From positions 1-64,000 of the IMG/VR virus record IMGVR_UViG_3300033149_002985: DNA of 64,000 bases, one strand, 5' to 3'. The DNA is from a virus. Every line of letters begins with the position of its first letter. Within the stretch, counting starts at the first letter, position 1. This document shows positions 27,701 to 37,701 of this stretch, piece by piece. The position numbers and the translations under genes were made by a program. The notes beneath the pieces are model-generated. The model was not told the DNA's origin, did no database searches, and saw nothing but the letters and a program-made list of their open reading frames with translations.

Positions 27701-28049
27701 TCAGGGGGATTTAGGATTACCTAGTGTAACTCCTTTAGGTGAAAAAGGATTTACTCCAACACAAGAACAATATGAATTGCAACAATTAGAAAAATATAAA
27801 ATACCAGAAGATGTTTTAAGGGCTAGGCAAGAAATGAAAGTTACACCTAAAGAACCGTCAAAATTTGTTATTACTATTGGTGAAACTGTTTTTCATATAG
27901 AGGGTGGTACTTCAGAGGAAGTGTTAGAACAAATAGACAAAAAAATAGGATCGTTTAAGACAGAACTTCCTGCGATACTTGCGAAAAAAATAAAAGACGC
28001 CAATGATCCTATGGGTAAAGCGGTAGGAGAAAGAATTGTTGGTGATTAG
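24729..28049 (+). CDS. tape measure protein (TP901-like core)
   Basis: 1106 aa, helical; Ala/Leu/Thr-rich core with GTALRTMFSRI and IGG.RQ. Confidence 0.88.
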   Translation: MDEHKRFIIDTIYNARGLKTYTQDMNRARRVAKVFGIGLSKQAKILEKTTSQSYNKQGDAVRRTTTIMEDQGKKVRTVYDQIGKKVKIVNGTFTKSQGALSKTGNELKKLVTRAGLVIPVWLLLRGAMMATLRVIKESIKFMVEWEYQLAQIRLVGDSTEAQINNLSSSLLRLSTSLGISNGLLGEGAKLFIQQGRAIEEIVPLMESTAKLSLLTGRTIVQSVEDLTAVLKAYKLEASDASSIVDLITATMLKHAITASDLASAYKATASTAEALGVSLASLTGFVTAIKVVTRDTGTKVGTALRTMFSRISTSSAESLQKLTQVPFYLDKMGKTTSKVTPRMRNMSTIISEMALVFGTLENAQQSQIAKLIGGIRRQNQVFALFNNFTEAVEAQTDALLGLGKADEAIAKLTDTTKIGIEQLKGAWGEWVDVVGDTQIFKSSLDFIKNQILGAITLLDPARAFAIGFGQELRKQGELFVQEGKFVEGIEEIQKELLEMQEIASRTTDVFQLEQLAQRTRVYAKAFYEAFAEHGIEVPINPKLEDWKKLSKIIEQTMPELFELDVKAKVDLDTLNLKQQLLDLSETLRYTFQEKEIQNMNKAVYSLNPALKVLQKTVKGIEFIGARKSLEKLAKGMNLSKKEFKELEKAGQKVFKDNELEGFLNLLKKVDSISSDIVDVDQRRIDKIKELTTKAENHKKIQILEAEIKRKLNSFDREAIKLNLDRLTIVNGMLKILENIDNVTGSNQDNQIESLKTEKYKLEVLKDRNKLQAKQDILLNKLKVSGASKLQILIQELAYLEQINAHEDKRLEKQKQIAIERQNLEVTTLNTILQGQLGILKAQGASEIQIIKTRIEMEKKLGIEKKGLAYLKQQFEIQQAITKETKRTRQERQADLKAAIIKKRKEEFEADPFRQAEFKTQERRMESQAKEAGLTQEEIDAILRPTEDLEADLPQSMQDLVIENGVLSDSMFTLQGAIENLTNTILGKPVEFQGDLGLPSVTPLGEKGFTPTQEQYELQQLEKYKIPEDVLRARQEMKVTPKEPSKFVITIGETVFHIEGGTSEEVLEQIDKKIGSFKTELPAILAKKIKDANDPMGKAVGERIVGD

Positions 28050-28062
28050 GAGGAGATAAATT

Positions 28063-28476
28063 ATGACATGGACTCCAAAATTTTCACTGTGGAATGATAC
28101 AGGGGTTACTAAACTTTATCAATTTTACGCCGTCAACTATACAAATGCTCCGCAATCTGTTAAAAAAAACATTAGAGTTTCTAATTTAAGAGGTAAGGGA
28201 GAAATTATTATTGACGGAGGTACAGCTCCTTGGGAATTAGAAATACGTTTCGCCTTAGTTGGCGAAGATTATACAGAAGTAGCTTCTTTAGTTGATACTT
28301 TGGAAAGTACAATTTTATTAAACACTCCGTATATATTTTTAATGGATAAATCAGTTTCAACTTTTTATCAATATCAGATTAAAAGGATTCTTCCTTTTGT
28401 TTATACAGATGTTGAAAGAAATTTAAGAAATAATTACCAAAAAGTAACAGCAAAATTTTCAGTAAATGCCTGGTAA
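28063..28476 (+). CDS. putative distal tail protein
   Basis: Immediately follows the tape measure gene. Confidence 0.5.
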   Translation: MTWTPKFSLWNDTGVTKLYQFYAVNYTNAPQSVKKNIRVSNLRGKGEIIIDGGTAPWELEIRFALVGEDYTEVASLVDTLESTILLNTPYIFLMDKSVSTFYQYQIKRILPFVYTDVERNLRNNYQKVTAKFSVNAW

Positions 28477-28490
28477 AGGAGGAATAAATT

Positions 28491-29123
28491 ATGAGTACAG
28501 CTTTAAATATTCACGTTAATATGGATACACAAGATGAAGCTCTTGGAGCAAGTGCTGTTGAATGGACTGAAATTAGTCCAAGTAATGATGACATAATAAT
28601 GTCAAATGGGAGCCTTATTGTTGCCGATGGACAATCGATTCCATCATCTTTTGAATTGAGTCAAGCAGGAATTCTTCTTGACGGAACAGAACAAATTGTG
28701 GATAAATATTTTTTAGCAGATTTAAGTGCAAATGAGTTAAAAGAAATTCACAATATGGGAAATCAGAATAAGAGATATGTTTTGGCTTTTGATTTTGACG
28801 GTGTTACGACTTCAGAACCAGTATTAGAAGCTTGGGATAATATTAGTATGAATACGATTAATGCAATTGTTCTCGGAAGCGGAACACCTTCTAGCAGTTT
28901 TCTAAGAGGAATAACAACCACTGATGCACTTCCTGGTGTAGATTGGGTTGGTAGTAGACTTGCTGGTTCAAGTGCTGGTAATTTTCTTTATTTAAATGCT
29001 GGTAATGGAGCATTAAGTGGAGCAAAAACTTTATATGCTCAAATAAAATTGATATTTCCATCTTCTCAAACAGAGGGAGGAGCAGAAGTCCCTATTTTGA
29101 TATGTAAGTACACCACATTATGA
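28491..29123 (+). CDS. putative tail/baseplate protein
   Basis: GGAGG RBS, beta-rich, synteny. Confidence 0.5.
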   Translation: MSTALNIHVNMDTQDEALGASAVEWTEISPSNDDIIMSNGSLIVADGQSIPSSFELSQAGILLDGTEQIVDKYFLADLSANELKEIHNMGNQNKRYVLAFDFDGVTTSEPVLEAWDNISMNTINAIVLGSGTPSSSFLRGITTTDALPGVDWVGSRLAGSSAGNFLYLNAGNGALSGAKTLYAQIKLIFPSSQTEGGAEVPILICKYTTL

Positions 29124-29140
29124 TTTAATAGGAGATATTT

Positions 29141-29950
29141 ATGAGAATTTGTATAGATTGCAGAAATCCTTTAGGACAAGGATCAAACAAGACAGGTAGA
29201 TGTTGGCAATGTTATGTCAATCATCAAAAGAAATATGCAAAAAAATCTTATTGTATTGATTGTGATAAAGAAACTGTTAGAGGAGCAAAACACTGTAAAT
29301 CTTGCGAAATGATTAGAATTAAAAAAGTTTATTTTTGTTATGATTGTAAAAAAACAGTCAGAAATAAAAATGTAAAACGATGTTGGGAATGCCATAAAAA
29401 ACGTATTTATAAAGTAAAAAATAAATGCGTAGATTGTGAAAAAGAATTAAGTTTAAGAAATTGTACTCGATGTGTAAAATGCAATGGTATTTTTCATGCA
29501 AAAAATATTACAGGAAAAAAACATACAGAAGAACATAAAAAGAAAATAGGTAAAGCTTCTAAAAAACGATGGGCAGAAGAAAATTTTAGAAATAAAATTT
29601 TAAAAGCGCAAAGAGCAGGTATGTTTATAGCTCCAAATCGCCCAGAAACTAATTTAAATTCTTTATTAAATATTTTATTTTCTCAAGAATATAAATTTGT
29701 AGGTGATGGAAAAGTAATAATAGATGGCTTCAATCCTGATTTCATAAATTGTAATGGTCAAAAGAAAATAATCGAACTTTACGGAGATTATTGGCATAAT
29801 CTTCCTGGATATAAAGAAAGAGATATTAGAAGATTAAAATCTTATAAAAAATATGGCTATCAAACTCTGATTATTTGGGAACACGAATTAAAGAATTTAA
29901 ATCGAATAAAGGAAAAAATAAAGAATTTTCATTATGACTTTAAATTTTAG
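29141..29950 (+). mobile_element. free-standing homing endonuclease: 8 CxxC + NUMOD3 + Vsr/DUF559-like nuclease
   Basis: GKKHTEEHKKKIG (NUMOD3); PDF...IELYGDYWH...IWEHE. Confidence 0.8.
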
Positions 29951-30542
29951 AAATTATAATTTTGATAAAAATCAAGTAACTGCTCTTGCCACAGATACTG
30001 TAAATGGAGAATTTTTGTGGATTGCTTTTGCTAAAGATGCGACAACAGGAAAATGTACTCTACGAAAAGTTAGTGCACATAATCCTAATCAAGTTTTTTA
30101 TAATATCAATCTTTCTGTAGATAGTATTGTTAGATTAAAAATAAAAAGCAATTCGATTTATGTTGCAGTAGAACATTCTACTATTATGGGCTATAAAATA
30201 TTAACTACAAATCCTTTGACATCACAAGTTCCTATTAATAGACCTATAAGTATAGTAGAAAATCCTATTGATATTGCCGTTGGTGCAACTTACGTATATT
30301 ATTTGTTTCCTGGTGATACCAGTGGAGAAAATACTAAAATCGTACAAGTAGATACTGATGGAGTTATAGAAGAAACGATTGATTTATATCAAAGTGCGGA
30401 AATAGTTATAAATGCAAGAAGTATCACTTATGAAAATTCTAATCTTTGGGTTATAACTTATACTGATCCTGTTGATTTAATTAGAGTATATCAAAACAGT
30501 GGAGGAATTTGGACTTTTTCTGTTACTAGTATAGGGACATAA
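29934..30542 (+). CDS. beta-propeller-like tail protein
   Basis: Repeated beta-strand units; tail module. Confidence 0.45.
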   Translation: MTLNFRNYNFDKNQVTALATDTVNGEFLWIAFAKDATTGKCTLRKVSAHNPNQVFYNINLSVDSIVRLKIKSNSIYVAVEHSTIMGYKILTTNPLTSQVPINRPISIVENPIDIAVGATYVYYLFPGDTSGENTKIVQVDTDGVIEETIDLYQSAEIVINARSITYENSNLWVITYTDPVDLIRVYQNSGGIWTFSVTSIGT

Positions 30543-30566
30543 ATATAATAAAAGGAGAAGAAAATA

Positions 30567-31040
30567 ATGTCAAAAAAGAAAACAATACAAGCAGGAACTT
30601 TTATTACAAAAGAGAATTGGGTAATAAAAACTGTTAATAATGAAACTGGTAATGTTTTGAGTTATGAAGAAAAAAATCTCATTGTTAATGATGGATTAAC
30701 TCTTCTACGTAATTTGCTTGCTGGGGATGCTGTCGCTAATCCACAAGCAATAGGTATTGGAACTGGAACTACTTCACCTGTAAATGCGGATACAACATTA
30801 GAAACTGAATTAACACGAGCTTTAGCAATAATTACGAAACCAGCTAGTTACCAAGTTAAATATAGTAAAACTTTTACTTTTGGATCTGGAGTATCAGAAA
30901 ATATTACAGAAGCAGGACTTTTTGATAGTGATACAGTATCAGGATCAATTATGTTAGCAAGAACAACTTTTTCTGCAAAACCAGTAAGTGCAGTTGTTGA
31001 TTTAATTGTACAAGCAATAATTACAATTTCAAGAGTATAA
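30567..31040 (+). CDS. tail fibre-base/collar-like protein
   Basis: NLIVNDG...IGIGTGT...DTTLETEL...ITEAGLF...MLAR motif. Confidence 0.7.
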   Translation: MSKKKTIQAGTFITKENWVIKTVNNETGNVLSYEEKNLIVNDGLTLLRNLLAGDAVANPQAIGIGTGTTSPVNADTTLETELTRALAIITKPASYQVKYSKTFTFGSGVSENITEAGLFDSDTVSGSIMLARTTFSAKPVSAVVDLIVQAIITISRV

Positions 31041-31058
31041 TTAAGGAGATAATTTATT

Positions 31059-34000
31059 ATGGCTTTTAAAGCAGGATGGTCTTATAGAAAAAAATTAACT
31101 ATAGATTCTACTAAAATAGATTCAGTTTTAACAGATTTTCCAATTTTAGTAAAATTAACTAGTTCTAATTTCGATTTCAGTAAAGCAGAATCAGATGGTA
31201 TAGATGTTTGTTTTACCACTGATGACGGTACAACTTTATTAAAATTTGAAAGAGAAGACCATAATATAGATACTCAATATAATGTTGATTTAACAAGTCC
31301 GAGCACTATAGTAATTAAAGATACTGAAACAGGAGGCGAAGAAGCAACTAAAGCTTGGGATAATGGTGCTTCTAGTTTTTGGGGATCTTCTACTGGAGCT
31401 TTCCCTCATTATATTGGAGTAGATTTTGGAGTTGGTAATTCGGAAATTATTAATCAATATACTATTAGTGCAAGAACTGATGGTGGATATATTGAAACTC
31501 CTTATGATTGGAAATTACAAGGAAGTAATACTGGTGCATGGGGCGGAGAAGAAGTTGATTTAGATATTCGTACAAGTGAAGTTTTCGCACAAAGTCAAAA
31601 AAGAACTTTTAATAATTTTTCTGAAGGTCAAAATTCTACTGCTTATAGATATTATCGAATCCGTATTACTGATAATCAACCATCAGCAACCAATACAAAA
31701 GCCTCTATTGCTGAAGTAGAATTAATGGATATCTCTACAGAAGGCGAAGGTTTTTATTGGGTGAAGATTCCCTCAGTTTCTTCATCTATCGATACTGAAT
31801 TTTATGTTTATTATGACAATACAGGAGCCTTGGATGGAGAAGATTCGCCAAACGTGTGGGATTCTGACTTCAAAGGAGTTTGGCATTTAAAAGAACTTGA
31901 AGGAGCAAGTGGAGGAACAGATTATTTAGATTCTACTTCAAATAATAATGATGGTATTGGTAACTTAGAACCAATTAGAACCAAAGCAAAAATATCTTAT
32001 GGAGAATTATTTAATGGAACTAGTAAAAAATTAGAAATTCCAGATTCTGCCAATTTAGAACTCGGTACAAGTGATTTCACAATTAACGCTACAATTAGTT
32101 TTTCAACTACAGTAGGAAATCAAGCTATTTTAGGAAGATTTGCAAACAGTGGAAGTTATTTTTATTTTGCTTGGGAGTCTGGAGCCATACGATTTCGAGA
32201 TTATGGAGGGAGTATTGATTTTTGGAGATTATGGTCACCTTCTGCTGGAGTTTATTATGATATTGAAGTTACAAGAAATGGTAATGATTTTAAAATCTTT
32301 GTTGATGGTGCTCAATTAGGAGCTACATATACTTCTGGTGCTTCTTTAGTTGACCGACCAGAAGATTGGAATATAGGTTCTTTCGGAACAAATTATTATT
32401 TTAACGGTTTAATTGATGAAGTTAGAATTACTGTTGGAACAGATCGAGGACAAGATTATCGAGATGCTAATATTGATTCTTTAAATGATAGTTTATTAAG
32501 TTTTGGAAATGAAGAAGCTGGAGAAACTGCATTAATTCCAGATACTATTGAAGTAGCCGATGATTGGACTATTCTTACTAATCCTGACTTGGTTGATTTG
32601 ATTGAAGATGTTAATATTAATGACGATTGGTCTATTATTTCAAATCCAGAATCGGCAGAGATTTTAGATTCTGTTTTATTATCTGATAGTTGGACTATCG
32701 AAAGTTTTGGTACAGCGTCTTATGCTACGAAAATTATAAGTTATAATCCTCTAGTTTTTATTACCGATACTACTCCTATGAGAATAGTTAAAGTAGATAT
32801 TAGTGATCGGGAAAATCCTACTTGGGATGTTTATGAAATATCAGGTCTAAGTGGAGCAACAGATATCATATATAATGATTTGTTTGGTCTTATTTATGTT
32901 TCTACAGCAGACGGAAAAATTCTGGAAATAGACGCTTCTGATTTTACAATTACAACGATACGAGATACAGGAGACACAGATGATTTATTACAAATTGCTT
33001 CTTTAGATAGTTTTCATAATATTTATGTAGGTACAGAAGATTTAGATGGAGAAGTTATAATGATGGACAAATCTGAGATAGAATCTTTGGGTTTAGATAT
33101 TAGATTTCTTCAAGAAGTTCAAACATCAATAGGTTTATCTATTAATAGTATAAATGGAGTGTCTATTGGTACAGATATTAGATTTTTAGGAGAAAATACC
33201 CAAACTATTGGTATGGATATCAGATTCCATCCCCAAACAAATCATCCTTTTGATCCTCAAACAAATAATCCTTTTCCTACATCTGGAGCTCCAGCAGAGC
33301 CTATTAAAAGAGAAGATTTTCACATTTATATTAATTCGGTAGAAATCGATGATGCGAAATTAGATTCTATTTTAATTTACCATACTATTGATAATAAAAG
33401 TACAGCTTCATTTATTTTAAATAGAAAACATGACCAGTTAGATTTTTATTTAGATGGTACTCCATCTCAAATTACAAACCAAAATGAAGTAAAAATTTAT
33501 ATTCAAAGTGTTTTAGAATTTATTGGAAACATAGAAACTATTGATTGTCAAAGTGATACTGAGACTGTTAAAATAGAAGCTATTGGAGATTTTAAACAAG
33601 ACGATAGGAAAACTGTTACGCTATCATTACCAACTATAGATGAACAATTACATTTATATCATGCTTTAATTCATAATCCAGTTATATATACTCCAATAAT
33701 TGATGAAGATGAAGAAAATCCTAAATTAGCCAAAGGGATTAAAGTTAATCTAGGTAAAATTACAGAACAAAGTATCTATCGTAATATACAATTTGATAGT
33801 GCTCCTGGAGTTGTAGGAGGAAATAGAGCAGAACAAATTATGGAAGGAACATTTCAACCTACTCAAAATTATACCTATTTTTGGGGAAGTATAAATGCAG
33901 ATAATTTTTTCACAGGTCAAACTATTAGTGTTCCTTATGTTGGAACAAGTCTAGCAGGATTTACAACAGATCTATGGTTTTTAAATTCAGTTGCTTATAG

Positions 34001-34628
34001 AAAACAACGAGAACGTGATGATATAATTACTGATAGATTTACATTAAACAATGCTTCTCCAGGAAGTACTGAACAAATTGAATTAGAAGATGGTACTTAT
34101 GAAACTTATTATTTAATTGGGGAAACTCCTTATGAAGAAATAAATGTTAGAAGTGGTAAACTTATTACAAAAAATAAATGGGTAGATAAACCTAATGGGT
34201 TATATAGAGAAAAAGATGCTGGATATGATTTTTTAAATTATGCAAAACAGGTTGCTGACTTAGAATATGATAAATTAAAAAATATTAATGGAGATATTTT
34301 TCCAAAATCTTCAGCAGAGATTGGAATTTTTATAGATGGATACTATTATTATGGACTATCATTGTTGACAAGAATAAATATTGATAATACTACTACTGCA
34401 TCTATTTATAATTCCAATAACGGTTTTCCTGTAAGTGTTAAAGGAATAGAAATCAATTCTTCTACTATGAGAGTAACGCTACGAACAGATAATTCCTTTT
34501 CAGATTTAGAGCTATTAGAAATAGATGAACAAATGCCAGATGAAGATTCAGACGAATTTAATTTTGAAGCGGAATCTGCTTTACAATTTGCAAAATATGA
34601 TCCTGCTAAAAATTCTTTTCCAGAGTAA
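31059..34628 (+). CDS. large modular tail-tip protein (DUF2341 + discoidin-like + LamG + hub-like region)
   Basis: W.YRKKLTID..LTDFPILV (DUF2341), WKLQGSN..YRYYRI (F5/8-like), FNGLIDEVRI (LamG). Confidence 0.78.
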   Translation: MAFKAGWSYRKKLTIDSTKIDSVLTDFPILVKLTSSNFDFSKAESDGIDVCFTTDDGTTLLKFEREDHNIDTQYNVDLTSPSTIVIKDTETGGEEATKAWDNGASSFWGSSTGAFPHYIGVDFGVGNSEIINQYTISARTDGGYIETPYDWKLQGSNTGAWGGEEVDLDIRTSEVFAQSQKRTFNNFSEGQNSTAYRYYRIRITDNQPSATNTKASIAEVELMDISTEGEGFYWVKIPSVSSSIDTEFYVYYDNTGALDGEDSPNVWDSDFKGVWHLKELEGASGGTDYLDSTSNNNDGIGNLEPIRTKAKISYGELFNGTSKKLEIPDSANLELGTSDFTINATISFSTTVGNQAILGRFANSGSYFYFAWESGAIRFRDYGGSIDFWRLWSPSAGVYYDIEVTRNGNDFKIFVDGAQLGATYTSGASLVDRPEDWNIGSFGTNYYFNGLIDEVRITVGTDRGQDYRDANIDSLNDSLLSFGNEEAGETALIPDTIEVADDWTILTNPDLVDLIEDVNINDDWSIISNPESAEILDSVLLSDSWTIESFGTASYATKIISYNPLVFITDTTPMRIVKVDISDRENPTWDVYEISGLSGATDIIYNDLFGLIYVSTADGKILEIDASDFTITTIRDTGDTDDLLQIASLDSFHNIYVGTEDLDGEVIMMDKSEIESLGLDIRFLQEVQTSIGLSINSINGVSIGTDIRFLGENTQTIGMDIRFHPQTNHPFDPQTNNPFPTSGAPAEPIKREDFHIYINSVEIDDAKLDSILIYHTIDNKSTASFILNRKHDQLDFYLDGTPSQITNQNEVKIYIQSVLEFIGNIETIDCQSDTETVKIEAIGDFKQDDRKTVTLSLPTIDEQLHLYHALIHNPVIYTPIIDEDEENPKLAKGIKVNLGKITEQSIYRNIQFDSAPGVVGGNRAEQIMEGTFQPTQNYTYFWGSINADNFFTGQTISVPYVGTSLAGFTTDLWFLNSVAYRKQRERDDIITDRFTLNNASPGSTEQIELEDGTYETYYLIGETPYEEINVRSGKLITKNKWVDKPNGLYREKDAGYDFLNYAKQVADLEYDKLKNINGDIFPKSSAEIGIFIDGYYYYGLSLLTRINIDNTTTASIYNSNNGFPVSVKGIEINSSTMRVTLRTDNSFSDLELLEIDEQMPDEDSDEFNFEAESALQFAKYDPAKNSFPE

Positions 34629-34639
34629 GAGGTCATAAA

Positions 34640-35290
34640 ATGTTTCAGTCTTTTAAAAATAATAAATATAAATTAAATAAATTATGGAATCAAACTACAG
34701 AAAACGAAGTTAATTCTGATAGAATTAATAAAGAAGAAATAAATGTTCATCCAGTTACTATTATTAAAAAAACAAGAGAATTAATTTTAGATTTTGATAC
34801 TATGTATTATGACCTATATGATTTTTTAGGAATAACTTACCAAGGAGGAGGTTCCTCTCCTCAACCCGAATCCGCATATATAGAAGATCGTCCTAATCAT
34901 TGGTATTTTAAATACCCATCTCATAGCTTCAAAGTTCCTCAAGGAGAAAAGCCTGAAGACATTACAGGAACTTCGGCAGAAGATTGGAATTATGTTAAAA
35001 CTATAGGAAGTATTAAACAAACCTATCATTTTGAATTGTTTCCAGATTGGGCTATTCCATATATAAAAATTAAAACTTATATTTATTCTATAGATGATAT
35101 AGGAATTCCTGTCGAGATAGAGGATTTATCTACTTTTCATAGATGGATTAAAAAGGAACCAGGGTATGATTTTGAATTTCATGGATTTTTTACATTACCA
35201 GAAGAACAAGAATTATTGCTTCAAGTAAGTCTAGTTGGATTAAATAAGGGAGTTATGAATGCAATACAAGGAAACCAAATACAAAGTTAA
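34640..35290 (+). CDS. putative tail-tip protein
   Basis: End of tail module; N-terminus similar to the next two ORFs. Confidence 0.55.
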   Translation: MFQSFKNNKYKLNKLWNQTTENEVNSDRINKEEINVHPVTIIKKTRELILDFDTMYYDLYDFLGITYQGGGSSPQPESAYIEDRPNHWYFKYPSHSFKVPQGEKPEDITGTSAEDWNYVKTIGSIKQTYHFELFPDWAIPYIKIKTYIYSIDDIGIPVEIEDLSTFHRWIKKEPGYDFEFHGFFTLPEEQELLLQVSLVGLNKGVMNAIQGNQIQS

Positions 35291-36521
35291 TACAATAAAA
35301 TCAAGACAAAATAATACTGAACAAGTTCTTATTCAGAAAGATCAGAAAAGTTTAGATTCTAGAGATGCTAGAAAAGTTATAAAAAAACCTGTATTGTTAT
35401 ATGATTCTGACTGGATACTTGCAGAAAAAGAAGATATCTCAAGTGCTATATCTCAAGAAGAAGGTACTCTTTTACCTGAACGAGCTCTTTATGATTTTGA
35501 AACTACTTTAAATGTACCAGAGAAATTTCTCCAAGATTTAAAAATAGAAGTATTAACTAGATCAGAACCAGAAGCCAATATACAAGGAGTATTTCCTTAT
35601 ATTGGTAGTGCCAAAAGAGAACTATCTTTTCAATTATATGATTGGCATGGTATTACATATACCAATACTATTGTTATTTGGTTATTTGAAACTTATTGGG
35701 AAAATGGTATTTTAATTATTACAGATATTTTAAGTCCTCAATATTTTGGATGTTTGGAACCTCCTCAACCAGTAGATGCCTATGATTTTGAGTATACTAT
35801 TAATTATTACGGAGAAGAATATGATGAACATTATGTATGGACTTTTAAATATCCTATTACAGATTTTCCAGTTCCAATAGGACAAGATCCAACATATCAT
35901 CTTCCTGTTGCAGAAGAATATGTGTATCCAAATGTATTAGAATATACTAGATGTGGTGATCCTGCTCCAGATAGTTATTGGACACAAGGCGCAACTAAAC
36001 AATTTTATGAAGTTGTTGCTATTTATGGATTACAAGAAGCTAAAGATCTTTTAAATGAATCTTATAATAATATTACTTATTCTGACGAATCTGATAGTTT
36101 TAAAGGAGAAGTTCCAAATAAAGAATCTCTCCCATTAACTGGAAATGAAAGAGGAGATTATTATATTTCTACAGATATTTCTGTTTATTATGTTTGGTCT
36201 ATTGATGAACCAGATGGAACGATAGATGATTGGGTATCTGCTGGTGCATCTATTTATAAAGCTTATGAGACAATTTTTACACCTGAAGTTGCTACTTCTA
36301 ATCAAATTAAAAAAATTACAAAGTTGTCTGGAACTAGTGCAATTTTAAATGTTTCTGGAGATGTTTTACTTATCTCTCCTGCGAATACAGAAACTATATA
36401 TTCTGATCCTTTATTTCCTACTTATCAAGCAACAACTGGAGGAGATGTAGAAATTCGTTTAAAAGTTTATATCGATAATCCAAATTATTTTACAGAAACA
36501 AAAGGTTATAGTCGTGTCTAA
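35259..36521 (+). CDS. putative tail-tip/receptor-binding protein
   Basis: Tyr/Trp-rich; contains LPLTGNERGDYY...W fibre motif. Confidence 0.55.
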   Translation: MQYKETKYKVNTIKSRQNNTEQVLIQKDQKSLDSRDARKVIKKPVLLYDSDWILAEKEDISSAISQEEGTLLPERALYDFETTLNVPEKFLQDLKIEVLTRSEPEANIQGVFPYIGSAKRELSFQLYDWHGITYTNTIVIWLFETYWENGILIITDILSPQYFGCLEPPQPVDAYDFEYTINYYGEEYDEHYVWTFKYPITDFPVPIGQDPTYHLPVAEEYVYPNVLEYTRCGDPAPDSYWTQGATKQFYEVVAIYGLQEAKDLLNESYNNITYSDESDSFKGEVPNKESLPLTGNERGDYYISTDISVYYVWSIDEPDGTIDDWVSAGASIYKAYETIFTPEVATSNQIKKITKLSGTSAILNVSGDVLLISPANTETIYSDPLFPTYQATTGGDVEIRLKVYIDNPNYFTETKGYSRV

Positions 36522-37032
36522 TCCTATTTATAAATATATTATTAAACGTCTTTGGGAACAAGATGAAGCTAATAGGCTAGAAACTTTATCTACAAATGAT
36601 ATTGCTGTAAAGAATGTAGAATTGCGAAAACAAGCTCAAGTTTTACTTTCTGTATTTAAAAAACTTAGAGATCTTTCTTCTGATTGGGAATATATGGATA
36701 GTTTAATTGTAAATGAAGAAACAAAATATTTATATAAACAATGGGAGATAGAGATTGTCTCGGTAAGTTTTGTTCAATTAGAATATGTTACCCATATATT
36801 ATTACCACTTATAAGTTATAATATTATATATGATGAACCTATTACCAATGATTTAGATTTTTATAACACTGGATTGGAATTAAAAAATAATTTCTTTTAT
36901 GATATGAAAGGAGAAACTTTGATATTAAAAGCTTCTGTTTTGATAGAAAAGGTATATGGAACTGAGGAATTAGTAGTTCCACAAGTAAAACTATTAGTTG
37001 ATATTGATAGTTCTTTTTTAGAATTACATTAA
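36514..37032 (+). CDS. putative tail-tip protein (last + strand gene)
   Basis: Overlaps the convergent ORF at 37029. Confidence 0.55.
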   Translation: MSNPIYKYIIKRLWEQDEANRLETLSTNDIAVKNVELRKQAQVLLSVFKKLRDLSSDWEYMDSLIVNEETKYLYKQWEIEIVSVSFVQLEYVTHILLPLISYNIIYDEPITNDLDFYNTGLELKNNFFYDMKGETLILKASVLIEKVYGTEELVVPQVKLLVDIDSSFLELH

Positions 37033-37430
37033 TTTTTAGGTTTCATTTTAGGAGTAATATTTTTATCCCATTTTCCCTTATGCCAACTTCCGTCTTTCTG
37101 TCCTTGATTTTCCTCGCCATAGTTTACTAGTTTAGTATAAACTTTTCCTTCCTGAAAATCATAAACAGTCTGATATACGTTATTTTTCCATTTTCCCATA
37201 ATAATGACATAAGGAATAGTTTTAAACCCTATATTTACCCCATCAACCCTGGCTACAATGTGCCCATATGCTTCAAATCCTTCTAATACGAGGACTTTTT
37301 TAGTTAAACTATACTCAATCCTAATAATTGGTTTATCAGGCATTTTATCCCATTTACTGTCTGAATAATGTCCTCCTTGCCACTCTGTTCCATCTTCAAA
37401 AAATACTAAATATGAAGTGTTATTTAACAT
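37029..37430 (-). CDS. hypothetical protein
   Basis: AAGGA RBS, 133 aa. Confidence 0.65.
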   Translation of the reverse strand: MLNNTSYLVFFEDGTEWQGGHYSDSKWDKMPDKPIIRIEYSLTKKVLVLEGFEAYGHIVARVDGVNIGFKTIPYVIIMGKWKNNVYQTVYDFQEGKVYTKLVNYGEENQGQKDGSWHKGKWDKNITPKMKPKN

Positions 37431-37617
37431 AATTTTCCTTTTTTATAGAATAATAAATATGTCCTAATTTTTCAAATTGAGTATCTGAAATTCCAAGATG
37501 AAAATCTTCATCCAGAATAGATCGAATTTTGTTAAAGGTATCTAATCCGTTTGGATTTATATCTAATTTGAGTTTATGTAACAATCTAGCTATTTTTAAA
37601 TGTCTTTCTAATTTCAT
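37420..37617 (-). CDS. hypothetical protein
   Basis: AAAGGA RBS. Confidence 0.55.
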   Translation of the reverse strand: MKLERHLKIARLLHKLKLDINPNGLDTFNKIRSILDEDFHLGISDTQFEKLGHIYYSIKKENYVK

Positions 37618-37631
37618 ATTATCCTTTCCTA

Positions 37632-37701
37632 CTAGCCTTCGGCTAGGGGGGCTCTGCCCCCTTGGTTAACCCCCGTTCTTAGGGAGCGAAGCTCCTTTTT
37701 T
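37632..37701. terminator. triple hairpin cluster ending in a + strand intrinsic terminator
   Basis: CTAGCC-TTC-GGCTAG, GGGGGC-TCT-GCCCCC, GGTTAACC, GGAGC-GAA-GCTCC-T6. Confidence 0.65.

Noticed and set aside
6999-35029. Short - strand ORFs within the structural operon, and + strand ORFs within the 38-64 kb arm
   Set aside because: Antisense shadows of longer motif-bearing genes, lacking RBSs
31059-37032. Diversity-generating retroelement target in tail genes
   Set aside because: No reverse transcriptase and no TR/VR pair differing at adenines seen in the window
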